The position numbers and the translations under genes are program-made. Below are positions 32,236 to 42,703 of a DNA stretch of 64,000 nt, piece by piece. The stretch is from the sequence record NZ_CP106960.1. One strand, written 5' to 3'. Numbering within the stretch: position 1 is the first letter of the stretch; each line of letters opens with the position of its first letter. The notes under the pieces are model-generated. The model ran no database searches and was not told the DNA's origin. It saw nothing but the letters and a program-made list of their open reading frames with translations. This DNA comes from a plasmid.

Positions 32236-32243
32236 ACGCTGAA

Positions 32244-32900
32244 CTAACCAATCACAGCGATGCCAAGCCGCTCCATGAGCAACGATGCCTGGTAGCTGTC
32301 TAACTTAACGCCTTGTAAATCAACACCCCGAATATCTAAGTCACCTAACTCCGAATTGGTCAGATCGCAATGTGTGAAGTTTGCTGCTCGCCAGTCGAAA
32401 GTCGAAAACTCGCCGCCGGAGAGATCTGAACCACTGAACGTCGCACCCAGTACCTGAGTCCCCATCCAGCGGTTTTCCCACAGCTCACACTTTTCCAACA
32501 CGACTTTCGAAAAATTGGCGTAGCTTAGATTAGTATTAGTGATATATGCGCTGCAAAACCAGGTGCGCGTGGTGATCATATTCATAAAGCTTGCACCGCG
32601 GAAATCTGCGCCTTGTGCGCGGCAGTGGCGAATTTCAATGCCCAAGGCACTGACGTTGCGGAAATCTGCCATTGATAAATCACAGCTTTTGAAAATGGCA
32701 TCTTTCAGCATTGCGCGACTAAAATTGCACCCTTTCTGACTTTCGCGATCATAGAACTGGCAGCCGATAAATTCAGTGCCGCTCAGGTCGGCACCTGAAA
32801 AATCGCAGTTAAAAAATGTACTATTTTCAACTTTCTCACCGGTGAAGCGATTTCTGTCAATTTTTTCGCCAACTAATGCCAGAGTCATATCTATGCCTGT
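32244..32900 (-). CDS. qnrS1: Pentapeptide-repeat quinolone resistance protein QnrS1-like. The exact start is uncertain: alternative ATGs at 32888 and 32924
   Basis: ...LALVGEKIDRNRFTGEKVENSTFFNCDFSGADLSGTEFIGCQFYDRESQKGCNFSRAML... is a pentapeptide-repeat sequence characteristic of QnrS. Confidence 0.9.
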   Translation of the reverse strand, partial: TGIDMTLALVGEKIDRNRFTGEKVENSTFFNCDFSGADLSGTEFIGCQFYDRESQKGCNFSRAMLKDAIFKSCDLSMADFRNVSALGIEIRHCRAQGADFRGASFMNMITTRTWFCSAYITNTNLSYANFSKVVLEKCELWENRWMGTQVLGATFSGSDLSGGEFSTFDWRAANFTHCDLTNSELGDLDIRGVDLQGVKLDSYQASLLMERLGIAVIG

Positions 32901-32962
32901 GTTTTTATACAGTAATGACGCCATGGTAAACCTTATGACGTTATGCGTCAAACCCGCCAGTA

Positions 32963-33782
32963 GGCACTGTTGCAAATAGTCGGTGGTGATAAACTTATCA
33001 TCCCCTTTTGCTGATGGAGCTGCACATGAACCCATTCAAAGGCCGGCATTTTCAGCGTGACATCATTCTGTGGGCCGTACGCTGGTACTGCAAATACGGC
33101 ATCAGTTACCGTGAGCTGCAGGAGATGCTGGCTGAACGCGGAGTGAATGTCGATCACTCCACGATTTACCGCTGGGTTCAGCGTTATGCGCCTGAAATGG
33201 AAAAACGGCTGCGCTGGTACTGGCGTAACCCTTCCGATCTTTGCCCGTGGCACATGGATGAAACCTACGTGAAGGTCAATGGCCGCTGGGCGTATCTGTA
33301 CCGGGCCGTCGACAGCCGGGGCCGCACTGTCGATTTTTATCTCTCCTCCCGTCGTAACAGCAAAGCTGCATACCGGTTTCTGGGTAAAATCCTCAACAAC
33401 GTGAAGAAGTGGCAGATCCCGCGATTCATCAACACGGATAAAGCGCCCGCCTATGGTCGCGCGCTTGCTCTGCTCAAACGCGAAGGCCGGTGCCCGTCTG
33501 ACGTTGAACACCGACAGATTAAGTACCGGAACAACGTGATTGAATGCGATCATGGCAAACTGAAACGGATAATCGGCGCCACGCTGGGATTTAAATCCAT
33601 GAAGACGGCTTACGCCACCATCAAAGGTATTGAGGTGATGCGTGCACTACGCAAAGGCCAGGCCTCAGCATTTTATTATGGTGATCCCCTGGGCGAAATG
33701 CGCCTGGTAAGCAGAGTTTTTGAAATGTAAGGCCTTTGAATAAGACAAAAGGCTGCCTCATCGCTAACTTTGCAACAGTGCC
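32963..33782 (+). mobile_element. IS26 copy 2 (same orientation as copy 1)
   Basis: 820 bp. tnp26 at 33026..33730. Confidence 0.95.
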
Positions 33783-34218
33783 CGCCGATGCGCTCAAGCC
33801 GTGGATTGCGCGGCGTGAACGCTGGCCGTCCTTTCTGATCCGGCGCGATCCGCGCGACATCAGCCGTATCTGGGTCCTGGAACCGGAGGGACAGCATTAC
33901 CTGGAAATTCCCTACCGTACCTTGTCGCATCCGGCTGTCACCCTCTGGGAACAACGGCAGGCGCTGGCGAAACTGCGGCAGCAAGGGCGCGAACAGGTGG
34001 ATGAGTCGGCGCTGTTCCGCATGATCGGCCAGATGCGTGAGATTGTGACCAGCGCGCAGAAGGCCACACGCAAGGCGCGGCGTGACGCGGATCGCCGCCA
34101 GCACCTCAAGACATCAGCTCGGCCGGACAAGCCCGTTCCGCCGGATACGGATATTGCCGACCCGCAGGCAGACAACTTGCCACCCGCCAAACCGTTCGAC
34201 CAGATTGAGGAGTGGTAG
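33783..34218 (+). pseudogene. tniA: tniA 3' part (continuation after the IS26-bounded insert)
   Basis: ...ADALKPWIARRERWPSFLIRRDPRDISRIWVLEP... continues the 5' frame. The identical 8-bp CGCCGATG flanks both outer IS26 ends. Confidence 0.85.
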
Positions 34219-34796
34219 CCGTGGACGAATATCCCATCATCGACCTGTCCCACCTGCTGCCGGCGGCCCAGGGCTTGGCCCGTCTTCCGGCGGACGAGCG
34301 CATCCAGCGCCTTCGCGCCGACCGCTGGATCGGCTATCCGCGCGCAGTCGAGGCGCTGAACCGGCTGGAAGCCCTTTATGCGTGGCCAAACAAGCAACGC
34401 ATGCCCAACCTGCTGCTGGTTGGCCCGACCAACAATGGCAAGTCGATGATCGTCGAGAAGTTCCGCCGCACCCACCCGGCCAGCTCCGACGCCGACCAGG
34501 AGCACATCCCGGTGTTGGTCGTGCAGATGCCGTCCGAGCCGTCCGTGATCCGCTTCTACGTCGCGCTGCTCGCCGCGATGGGCGCGCCGCTGCGCCCACG
34601 CCCACGGTTGCCGGAAATGGAGCAACTGGCTCTGGCACTGCTGCGCAAGGTCGGCGTGCGCATGCTGGTGATTGTCGACAACCTCTCGCGCAACCAAGAC
34701 ATCGCGGTCGGACTGCAAGTGATCTTGAAGCCACGGGCCCGTCCCACCCCGACATGGACCTCGATGCCCGAACGGACGTTAGATTTCGAGTTCTAG
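34212..34796 (+). pseudogene. tniB: Truncated tniB (NTP-binding transposition protein)
   Basis: Walker A GPTNNGKS. Truncated, as in In2-type 3' conserved segments. Confidence 0.75.
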
Positions 34797-35279
34797 GCGT
34801 TCTGCGATGAAGGTTGGATCCCAGCCGGGATTGAAAGTGTCGACGTGGGTGAATCCGAGCCGCTCGTATAGGCCACGCAGGTTCGGGTGGCAGTCGAGCC
34901 GCAGCTTGGCGCACCCCTGCGTTCGCGCGGCATGGCGGCAAGCCTCGATCAGCGCGGAGCTGACACCCCGGCCCGCATGTGTCCGTCGCACCGCGAGCTT
35001 GTGCAGATATGCGGCCTCCCCCTTGAGGGCGTCGGGCCAGAACTCGGGATCCTCGGCCGACAAGGTGCAACAGCCGACGATGCCGTCGCTGCAACTCGCG
35101 ACTAGGAGCTCGGATCTCAGGACGAAGGTCTCCGCGAATGTCCGGTCGATCCGCGCGACGTCCCAGGCGGGCGTTCCCTTGGCGGACATCCACGCCGCAG
35201 CGTCGTGCATCAGCCGCACAACCTCGTCGATATCACCCGAGCAGGCGACCCGAACGTTCGGAGGCTCCTCGCTGTCCAT
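34779..35279 (-). CDS. orf5: orf5 GNAT-family acetyltransferase of the integron 3'-CS
   Basis: 166 aa, directly downstream of sul1. Confidence 0.8.
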   Translation of the reverse strand: MDSEEPPNVRVACSGDIDEVVRLMHDAAAWMSAKGTPAWDVARIDRTFAETFVLRSELLVASCSDGIVGCCTLSAEDPEFWPDALKGEAAYLHKLAVRRTHAGRGVSSALIEACRHAARTQGCAKLRLDCHPNLRGLYERLGFTHVDTFNPGWDPTFIAERLELEI

Positions 35280-35406
35280 TCGCTCCCCTGGCGCGGTATG
35301 AACCGCCGCCTCATAGTGCAGTTTGATCCTGACGAGCCCAGCATGTCTGCGCCCACCTTCGCGGAACCTGACCAGGGTCCGCTAGCGGGCGGCCGGAAGG
35401 TGAATG

Positions 35407-36246
35407 CTAGGCATGATCTAACCCTCGGTCTCTGGCGTCGCGACTGCGAAATTTCGCGAGGGTTTCCGAGAAGGTGATTGCGCTTCGCAGATCTCCAGGC
35501 GCGTGGGTGCGGACGTAGTCAGCGCCATTGCCGATCGCGTGAAGTTCCGCCGCAAGGCTCGCTGGACCCAGATCCTTTACAGGAAGGCCAACGGTGGCGC
35601 CCAAGAAGGATTTCCGCGACACCGAGACCAATAGCGGAAGCCCCAACGCCGACTTCAGCTTTTGAAGGTTCGACAGCACGTGCAGCGATGTTTCCGGTGC
35701 GGGGCTCAAGAAAAATCCCATCCCCGGATCGAGGATGAGCCGGTCGGCAGCGACCCCGCTCCGTCGCAAGGCGGAAACCCGCGCCTCGAAGAACCGCACA
35801 ATCTCGTCGAGCGCGTCTTCGGGTCGAAGGTGACCGGTGCGGGTGGCGATGCCATCCCGCTGCGCTGAGTGCATAACCACCAGCCTGCAGTCCGCCTCAG
35901 CAATATCGGGATAGAGCGCAGGGTCAGGAAATCCTTGGATATCGTTCAGGTAGCCCACGCCGCGCTTGAGCGCATAGCGCTGGGTTTCCGGTTGGAAGCT
36001 GTCGATTGAAACACGGTGCATCTGATCGGACAGGGCGTCTAAGAGCGGCGCAATACGTCTGATCTCATCGGCCGGCGATACAGGCCTCGCGTCCGGATGG
36101 CTGGCGGCCGGTCCGACATCCACGACGTCTGATCCGACTCGCAGCATTTCGATCGCCGCGGTGACAGCGCCGGCGGGGTCTAGCCGCCGGCTCTCATCGA
36201 AGAAGGAGTCCTCGGTGAGATTCAGAATGCCGAACACCGTCACCAT
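35407..36246 (-). CDS. sul1: Sulfonamide-resistant dihydropteroate synthase Sul1, 279 aa
   Basis: [28 protein letters not shown]... Confidence 0.95.
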   Translation of the reverse strand: MVTVFGILNLTEDSFFDESRRLDPAGAVTAAIEMLRVGSDVVDVGPAASHPDARPVSPADEIRRIAPLLDALSDQMHRVSIDSFQPETQRYALKRGVGYLNDIQGFPDPALYPDIAEADCRLVVMHSAQRDGIATRTGHLRPEDALDEIVRFFEARVSALRRSGVAADRLILDPGMGFFLSPAPETSLHVLSNLQKLKSALGLPLLVSVSRKSFLGATVGLPVKDLGPASLAAELHAIGNGADYVRTHAPGDLRSAITFSETLAKFRSRDARDRGLDHA

Positions 36247-36587
36247 GGCGTCGGCCTCCGCAGCGACTTCCACGATGGGGATCGGGCGAGCAAAAAGGCA
36301 GCAATTATGAGCCCCATACCTACAAAGCCCCACGCATCAAGCTTTTGCCCATGAAGCAACCAGGCAATGGCTGTAATTATGACGACGCCGAGTCCCGACC
36401 AGACTGCATAAGCAACACCGACAGGGATGGATTTCAGAACCAGAGAAAGAAAATAAAATGCGATGCCATAACCGATTATGACAACGGCGGAAGGGGCAAG
36501 CTTAGTAAAGCCCTCGCTAGATTTTAATGCGGATGTTGCGATTACTTCGCCAACTATTGCGATAACAAGAAAAAGCCAGCCTTTCAT
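36240..36587 (-). CDS. qacEdelta1: QacEdelta1 SMR efflux protein, 115 aa
   Basis: [30 protein letters not shown]... Confidence 0.95.
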   Translation of the reverse strand: MKGWLFLVIAIVGEVIATSALKSSEGFTKLAPSAVVIIGYGIAFYFLSLVLKSIPVGVAYAVWSGLGVVIITAIAWLLHGQKLDAWGFVGMGLIIAAFLLARSPSWKSLRRPTPW

Positions 36588-36750
36588 GATATATCTCCCA
36601 ATTTGTGTAGGGCTTATTATGCACGCTTAAAAATAATAAAAGCAGACTTGACCTGATAGTTTGGCTGTGAGCAATTATGTGCTTAGTGCATCTAACGCTT
36701 GAGTTAAGCCGCGCCGCGAAGCGGCGTCGGCTTGAACGAATTGTTAGACA

Positions 36751-37542
36751 TTATTTGCCGACTACCTTGGTGATCTCGCCTTTCACGTAGTGAACAAATT
36801 CTTCCAACTGATCTGCGCGCGAGGCCAAGCGATCTTCTTCTTGTCCAAGATAAGCCTGTCTAGCTTCAAGTATGACGGGCTGATACTGGGCCGGCAGGCG
36901 CTCCATTGCCCAGTCGGCAGCGACATCCTTCGGCGCGATTCTGCCGGTTACTGCGCTGTACCAAATGCGGGACAACGTAAGCACTACATTTCGCTCATCG
37001 CCAGCCCAGTCGGGCGGCGAGTTCCATAGCGTTAAGGTTTCATTTAGCGCCTCAAATAGATCCTGTTCAGGAACCGGATCAAAGAGTTCCTCCGCCGCTG
37101 GACCTACCAAGGCAACGCTATGTTCTCTTGCTTTTGTCAGCAAGATAGCCAGATCAATGTCGATCGTGGCTGGCTCGAAGATACCTGCAAGAATGTCATT
37201 GCGCTGCCATTCTCCAAATTGCAGTTCGCGCTTAGCTGGATAACGCCACGGAATGATGTCGTCGTGCACAACAATGGTGACTTCTACAGCGCGGAGAATC
37301 TCGCTCTCTCCAGGGGAAGCCGAAGTTTCCAAAAGGTCGTTGATCAAAGCTCGCCGCGTTGTTTCATCAAGCCTTACGGTCACCGTAACCAGCAAATCAA
37401 TATCACTGTGTGGCTTCAGGCCGCCATCCACTGCGGAGCCGTACAAATGTACGGCCAGCAACGTCGGTTCGAGATGGCGCTCGATGACGCCAACTACCTC
37501 TGATAGTTGAGTCGATACTTCGGCGATCACCGCTTCCCTCAT
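36751..37542 (-). CDS. aadA1: Aminoglycoside (3'')(9) adenylyltransferase AadA1 cassette, 263 aa
   Basis: MREAVIAEVSTQLSEVVGVIERHLEPTLLAVHLYGSAVDGGLKPHSDIDLLV... The attC lies at about 36600-36750. Confidence 0.9.
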   Translation of the reverse strand: MREAVIAEVSTQLSEVVGVIERHLEPTLLAVHLYGSAVDGGLKPHSDIDLLVTVTVRLDETTRRALINDLLETSASPGESEILRAVEVTIVVHDDIIPWRYPAKRELQFGEWQRNDILAGIFEPATIDIDLAILLTKAREHSVALVGPAAEELFDPVPEQDLFEALNETLTLWNSPPDWAGDERNVVLTLSRIWYSAVTGRIAPKDVAADWAMERLPAQYQPVILEARQAYLGQEEDRLASRADQLEEFVHYVKGEITKVVGK

Positions 37543-37634
37543 GATGTTTAACGCCTGGCACAGCGGATCGCAAACCTGGCGCGGCTTTTGGTACAAAAGG
37601 CGTGACAGGTTTGCGAATCCGTTGCTGCCACTTG

Positions 37635-38108
37635 TTAACCCTTTTGCCAGATTTGGTAACTATAATTTATGTTAGAGGCGAAGTCTTGGGTAAAAACTGG
37701 CCTAAAATTGCTGGGGATTTCAGGAAAGTAAACATCACCTTCCGGCTCGATGTCTATTGTAGATATATGTAGTGTATCTACTTGATCGATCAGGCTTTTG
37801 TATATCTCCCCACCACCTGAAACAATGACATGATCCGTTATTTTCTTTAGGTTGGTTAAAGCATCTTTAATTGATGGAAAGATCACTACGTTCTCATTGT
37901 CAGATGTAAAACTTGAACGTGTTACGACCGCATACTTTCGGTTGGGTAATGCTCCCATTGATTCAAAAGTCTTGCGTCCAACCAACAGCCATTGGTTATA
38001 GGTAATAGCTTTAAACAGGAGCTGTTCACCTTTGGCACTCCATGGAATATCAGGGCCATTCCCGATAACTCCATTCTTCGATATAGCTACCATTAGTGAT
38101 AGTTTCAC
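37635..38108 (-). CDS. dfrA1: Trimethoprim-resistant dihydrofolate reductase DfrA1 cassette, 157 aa
   Basis: [52 protein letters not shown]... Confidence 0.95.
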   Translation of the reverse strand: MKLSLMVAISKNGVIGNGPDIPWSAKGEQLLFKAITYNQWLLVGRKTFESMGALPNRKYAVVTRSSFTSDNENVVIFPSIKDALTNLKKITDHVIVSGGGEIYKSLIDQVDTLHISTIDIEPEGDVYFPEIPSNFRPVFTQDFASNINYSYQIWQKG

Positions 38109-38264
38109 AATTCTTCCTCAGAGGTTAACTTTGTTTTAGGGCGACTGCCCTGCTGCGTAACATCGTTGCTGCTCCATAACATCAAACATCGACCCACGGC
38201 GTAACGCGCTTGCTGCTTGGATGCCCGAGGCATAGACTGTACAAAAAAACAGTCATAACAAGCC
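38109..38264 (-). promoter_or_regulatory. attI1: attI1 recombination site region
   Basis: ...cagggcagtcgccctaa... GTTAGGGC core adjacent to the first cassette. Confidence 0.7.
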
Positions 38265-39278
38265 ATGAAAACCGCCACTGCGCCGTTACCACCGCTGCGT
38301 TCGGTCAAGGTTCTGGACCAGTTGCGTGAGCGCATACGCTACTTGCATTACAGCTTACGAACCGAACAGGCTTATGTCCACTGGGTTCGTGCCTTCATCC
38401 GTTTCCACGGTGTGCGTCACCCGGCAACCTTGGGCAGCAGCGAAGTCGAGGCATTTCTGTCCTGGCTGGCGAACGAGCGCAAGGTTTCGGTCTCCACGCA
38501 TCGTCAGGCATTGGCGGCCTTGCTGTTCTTCTACGGCAAGGTGCTGTGCACGGATCTGCCCTGGCTTCAGGAGATCGGAAGACCTCGGCCGTCGCGGCGC
38601 TTGCCGGTGGTGCTGACCCCGGATGAAGTGGTTCGCATCCTCGGTTTTCTGGAAGGCGAGCATCGTTTGTTCGCCCAGCTTCTGTATGGAACGGGCATGC
38701 GGATCAGTGAGGGTTTGCAACTGCGGGTCAAGGATCTGGATTTCGATCACGGCACGATCATCGTGCGGGAGGGCAAGGGCTCCAAGGATCGGGCCTTGAT
38801 GTTACCCGAGAGCTTGGCACCCAGCCTGCGCGAGCAGCTGTCGCGTGCACGGGCATGGTGGCTGAAGGACCAGGCCGAGGGCCGCAGCGGCGTTGCGCTT
38901 CCCGACGCCCTTGAGCGGAAGTATCCGCGCGCCGGGCATTCCTGGCCGTGGTTCTGGGTTTTTGCGCAGCACACGCATTCGACCGATCCACGGAGCGGTG
39001 TCGTGCGTCGCCATCACATGTATGACCAGACCTTTCAGCGCGCCTTCAAACGTGCCGTAGAACAAGCAGGCATCACGAAGCCCGCCACACCGCACACCCT
39101 CCGCCACTCGTTCGCGACGGCCTTGCTCCGCAGCGGTTACGACATTCGAACCGTGCAGGATCTGCTCGGCCATTCCGACGTCTCTACGACGATGATTTAC
39201 ACGCATGTGCTGAAAGTTGGCGGTGCCGGAGTGCGCTCACCGCTTGATGCGCTGCCGCCCCTCACTAGTGAGAGGTAG
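38265..39278 (+). CDS. intI1: Class 1 integron integrase IntI1, 337 aa
   Basis: [50 protein letters not shown]... Confidence 0.95.
38352..38380 (-). promoter_or_regulatory. Pc: Cassette promoter Pc, weak variant (-35 TGGACA, 17-nt spacer, -10 TAAGCT) inside the 5' end of intI1
   Basis: The plus-strand sequence agcttacgaaccgaacaggcttatgtcca is the reverse complement of TGGACATAAGCCTGTTCGGTTCGTAAGCT. Confidence 0.75.
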
Positions 39279-39480
39279 GGCAGCGCAAGTCAATCCTGGC
39301 GGATTCACTACCCCTGCGCGAAGGCCATCGGTGCCGCATCGAACGGCCGGTTGCGGAAAGTCCTCCCTGCGTCCGCTGATGGCCGGCAGCAGCCCGTCGT
39401 TGCCTGATGGATCCAACCCCTCCGCTGCTATAGTGCAGTCGGCTTCTGACGTTCAGTGCAGCCGTCTTCTGAAAACGACA

Positions 39481-39831
39481 ATGGAGGTGGTAGCCGAGGG
39501 TGTGGAAACACCCGACTGCCTTGCGTGGTTGCGGCAGGCGGGTTGCGACACGGTGCAGGGTTTCCTGTTCGCCAGGCCGATGCCGGCGGCGGCCTTCGTC
39601 GGCTTCGTCAACCAATGGAGGAACACCACCATGAACGCCAATGAACCGAGCACCAGTTGCTGCGTGTGCTGCAAGGAAATCCCGCTCGATGCCGCCTTCA
39701 CGCCGGAAGGGGCCGAGTACGTGGAGCATTTCTGCGGGCTGGAGTGCTATCAGCGCTTCCAGGCGCGGGCCAGCACTGCGACCGAAACCAGCGTCAAACC
39801 GGACGCTTGTGATTCGCCGCCGTCAGGTTGA
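39481..39831 (+). pseudogene. urf2: urf2 3' portion (formerly called tnpM)
   Basis: Frame with ...[14 protein letters not shown]... (EAL C-terminus) beginning immediately after IRi. Confidence 0.7.
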
Positions 39832-39956
39832 GGCATACCCTAACCTGATGTCAGATGCCATGTGTAAATTGCGTCAGGATAGGATTGAATTTTGAATTTA
39901 TTGACATATCTCGTTGAAGGTCATAGAGTCTTCCCTGACATTTTGCAGGGAATTCC
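39832..39956. promoter_or_regulatory. res: Tn21 res site region (resolvase binding and tnpR promoter)
   Basis: Assigned by position between urf2 and tnpR. Imperfect inverted repeats TGTCAGATGCCATGTGTAAATTGCGTCAGGATAGG. Confidence 0.55.
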
Positions 39957-40517
39957 ATGACTGGACAGCGCATTGGGTATATCAGGGTCAGCACCTTCGA
40001 CCAGAACCCGGAACGGCAACTGGAAGGCGTCAAGGTTGATCGCGCTTTTAGCGACAAGGCATCCGGCAAGGATGTCAAGCGTCCGCAACTGGAAGCGCTG
40101 ATAAGCTTCGCCCGCACCGGCGACACCGTGGTGGTGCATAGCATGGATCGCCTGGCGCGCAATCTCGATGATTTGCGCCGGATCGTGCAAACGCTGACAC
40201 AACGCGGCGTGCATATCGAATTCGTCAAGGAACACCTCAGTTTTACTGGCGAAGACTCTCCGATGGCGAACCTGATGCTCTCGGTGATGGGCGCGTTCGC
40301 CGAGTTCGAGCGCGCCCTGATCCGCGAGCGTCAGCGCGAGGGTATTGCGCTCGCCAAGCAACGCGGGGCTTACCGTGGCAGGAAGAAATCCCTGTCGTCT
40401 GAGCGTATTGCCGAACTGCGCCAACGTGTCGAGGCTGGCGAGCAAAAGACCAAGCTTGCTCGTGAATTCGGAATCAGTCGCGAAACCCTGTATCAATACT
40501 TGAGAACGGATCAGTAA
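39957..40517 (+). CDS. tnpR: Tn21 resolvase TnpR, 186 aa
   Basis: [21 protein letters not shown]... serine recombinase. Confidence 0.9.
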   Translation: MTGQRIGYIRVSTFDQNPERQLEGVKVDRAFSDKASGKDVKRPQLEALISFARTGDTVVVHSMDRLARNLDDLRRIVQTLTQRGVHIEFVKEHLSFTGEDSPMANLMLSVMGAFAEFERALIRERQREGIALAKQRGAYRGRKKSLSSERIAELRQRVEAGEQKTKLAREFGISRETLYQYLRTDQ

Positions 40518-40519
40518 AT

Positions 40520-41066
40520 ATGCCACGTCGTTCCATCCTGTCCGCCGCCGAGCGGGAAAGCCTGCTGGCGTTGCCGGACTCCAAGGACGACCTGATCCGA
40601 CATTACACATTCAACGATACCGACCTCTCGATCATCCGACAGCGGCGCGGGCCAGCCAATCGGCTGGGCTTCGCGGTGCAGCTCTGTTACCTGCGCTTTC
40701 CCGGCGTCATCCTGGGCGTCGATGAACTACCGTTCCCGCCCTTGTTGAAGCTGGTCGCCGACCAGCTCAAGGTCGGCGTCGAAAGCTGGAACGAGTACGG
40801 CCAGCGGGAGCAGACCCGGCGCGAGCACCTGAGCGAGCTGCAAACCGTGTTCGGTTTCCGGCCCTTCACCATGAGCCATTACCGGCAGGCCGTCCAGATG
40901 CTGACCGAGCTGGCGATGCAAACCGACAAAGGCATCGTGCTGGCCAGCGCCTTGATCGGGCACCTGCGGCGGCAGTCGGTCATTCTGCCCGCCCTCAACG
41001 CCGTCGAGCGGGCGAGTGCCGAGGCGATCACCCGTGCTAACCGGCGCATCTACGACGCCTTGGCCG
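40520..41066 (+). pseudogene. tnpA: Tn21 transposase TnpA truncated after about 183 codons by IS1
   Basis: [31 protein letters not shown]... The frame ends at the IS1 boundary. Confidence 0.85.
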
Positions 41067-41834
41067 GGTGATGCTGCCAACTTACTGATTTAGTGTATGA
41101 TGGTGTTTTTGAGGTGCTCCAGTGGCTTCTGTTTCTATCAGCTGTCCCTCCTGTTCAGCTACTGACGGGGTGGTGCGTAACGGCAAAAGCACCGCCGGAC
41201 ATCAGCGCTATCTCTGCTCTCACTGCCGTAAAACATGGCAACTGCAGTTCACTTACACCGCTTCTCAACCCGGTACGCACCAGAAAATCATTGATATGGC
41301 CATGAATGGCGTTGGATGCCGGGCAACCGCCCGCATTATGGGCGTTGGCCTCAACACGATTTTCCGCCATTTAAAAAACTCAGGCCGCAGTCGGTAACCT
41401 CGCGCATACAGCCGGGCAGTGACGTCATCGTCTGCGCGGAAATGGACGAACAGTGGGGATACGTCGGGGCTAAATCGCGCCAGCGCTGGCTGTTTTACGC
41501 GTATGACAGGCTCCGGAAGACGGTTGTTGCGCACGTATTCGGTGAACGCACTATGGCGACGCTGGGGCGTCTTATGAGCCTGCTGTCACCCTTTGACGTG
41601 GTGATATGGATGACGGATGGCTGGCCGCTGTATGAATCCCGCCTGAAGGGAAAGCTGCACGTAATCAGCAAGCGATATACGCAGCGAATTGAGCGGCATA
41701 ACCTGAATCTGAGGCAGCACCTGGCACGGCTGGGACGGAAGTCGCTGTCGTTCTCAAAATCGGTGGAGCTGCATGACAAAGTCATCGGGCATTATCTGAA
41801 CATAAAACACTATCAATAAGTTGGAGTCATTACC
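41067..41834 (+). mobile_element. IS1 copy 2 (768 bp, same orientation as copy 1)
   Basis: Identical terminal repeats and the insA/insB ORFs (41122..41397, 41316..41819). Confidence 0.9.
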
Positions 41835-42243
41835 AGGGCTGGCCAGCTATTTTTTTGCAGAATCTGGAGTCCACGGGTTGCCGTCAGAAGTGTGTATAGA
41901 TCCATTGCTTTCTCCTTTTTACCTTTATCAAAAAATTTCTTTTGCCGTCCTCCTTTCGGAGGTTGGTCGTTATCTCCCGCCATGAGCGAAGGGAGGCAAC
42001 GTGCCATGAGGTAAAAGTCATGCCCCGGATGCAAAGCCGCAGCGCAAGCGACTGACCAAGGGGAAGGAGTGCGAACGGGTGCCGCAGCTGGCGGCTTGAA
42101 TTTTGCCGGCACGGTGCGACCTTTTAAGCGATGGCAGGAGATAACCAGCACACGGAGTCTGGGAGACAAATGGTGGTTTTGGCGATAAGCAGCAGAGCTA
42201 AGCTGTAAATCAAAACTTGAAAGTGCGCTCAATAAGTCAATAA

Positions 42244-42263
42244 TACTGTATATAAAAACAGTA
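42244..42263. promoter_or_regulatory. LexA (SOS) box TACTGTATATAAAAACAGTA upstream of mucA
   Basis: CTGT-N8-ACAG palindrome 1 nt from the mucA start codon region. Confidence 0.8.
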
Positions 42264-42703
42264 TGGAGGTAACTATGTTTGACTTAATGCATGCAGCGCG
42301 CGAACCGGATTTCACAGCAATTCCACTTTATATTGACCGTTGCCCGGCGGGGTTCCCATCACCGGCACAAGACTACGTCGAAGCAGAACTCGACCTCAAT
42401 CAATACTGTATTTCCCGGCCTAGCTCGACATACTTTGTGCGGGCCATCGGTAACTCTATGACAGATATTGGGCTGCACTCTGGAGATCTATTGATCGTGG
42501 ATAAAGGCGAACAGGCGCGCCACGGCGACATAGTCATTGCTGAAGTTGAGGGAGAATTTACGGTTAAAAGGCTACTACTAAAACCGCGACTTGGGCTGCA
42601 GGCAATGAACCCTACCTACCCTACCCTATGGCCAGACCCTGAGCACCTCCAGATATTCGGCGTCGTAACCGCCTTTGTACACAAAACCCGGGGACATGAC
42701 TGA
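42263..42703 (+). CDS. mucA: Error-prone repair protein MucA (UmuD homologue), 146 aa
   Basis: LexA-like self-cleaving C-terminal domain (GNSMTDIGLHSGDLLIVDK). Confidence 0.85.
   Translation: MEVTMFDLMHAAREPDFTAIPLYIDRCPAGFPSPAQDYVEAELDLNQYCISRPSSTYFVRAIGNSMTDIGLHSGDLLIVDKGEQARHGDIVIAEVEGEFTVKRLLLKPRLGLQAMNPTYPTLWPDPEHLQIFGVVTAFVHKTRGHD

Larger units (their letters stand above)
27076..39480 (-). mobile_element. Class 1 integron (IRt 27076-27100 to IRi 39456-39480; cassettes are transcribed on the minus strand). Contents: tniA (interrupted), truncated tniB, orf5, sul1, qacEdelta1, aadA1, dfrA1, intI1
   Basis: 25-bp IRt TGTCATTTTCAGAAGACGACTGCAC. The IRi reverse complement GTGCAGCCGTCTTCTGAAAACGACA. 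Confidence 0.9.

Noticed and set aside
30243-32243. Attempt to delimit the ISKpn19-like element by inverted repeats
   Set aside because: I could not identify convincing terminal inverted repeats by eye, so only the transposase CDS is reported.
35407-36333. 308-aa extended sul1 ORF overlapping qacEdelta1
   Set aside because: Sul1 starts at MVTVFGILN (36246). The extension is the known out-of-frame overlap with qacEdelta1.
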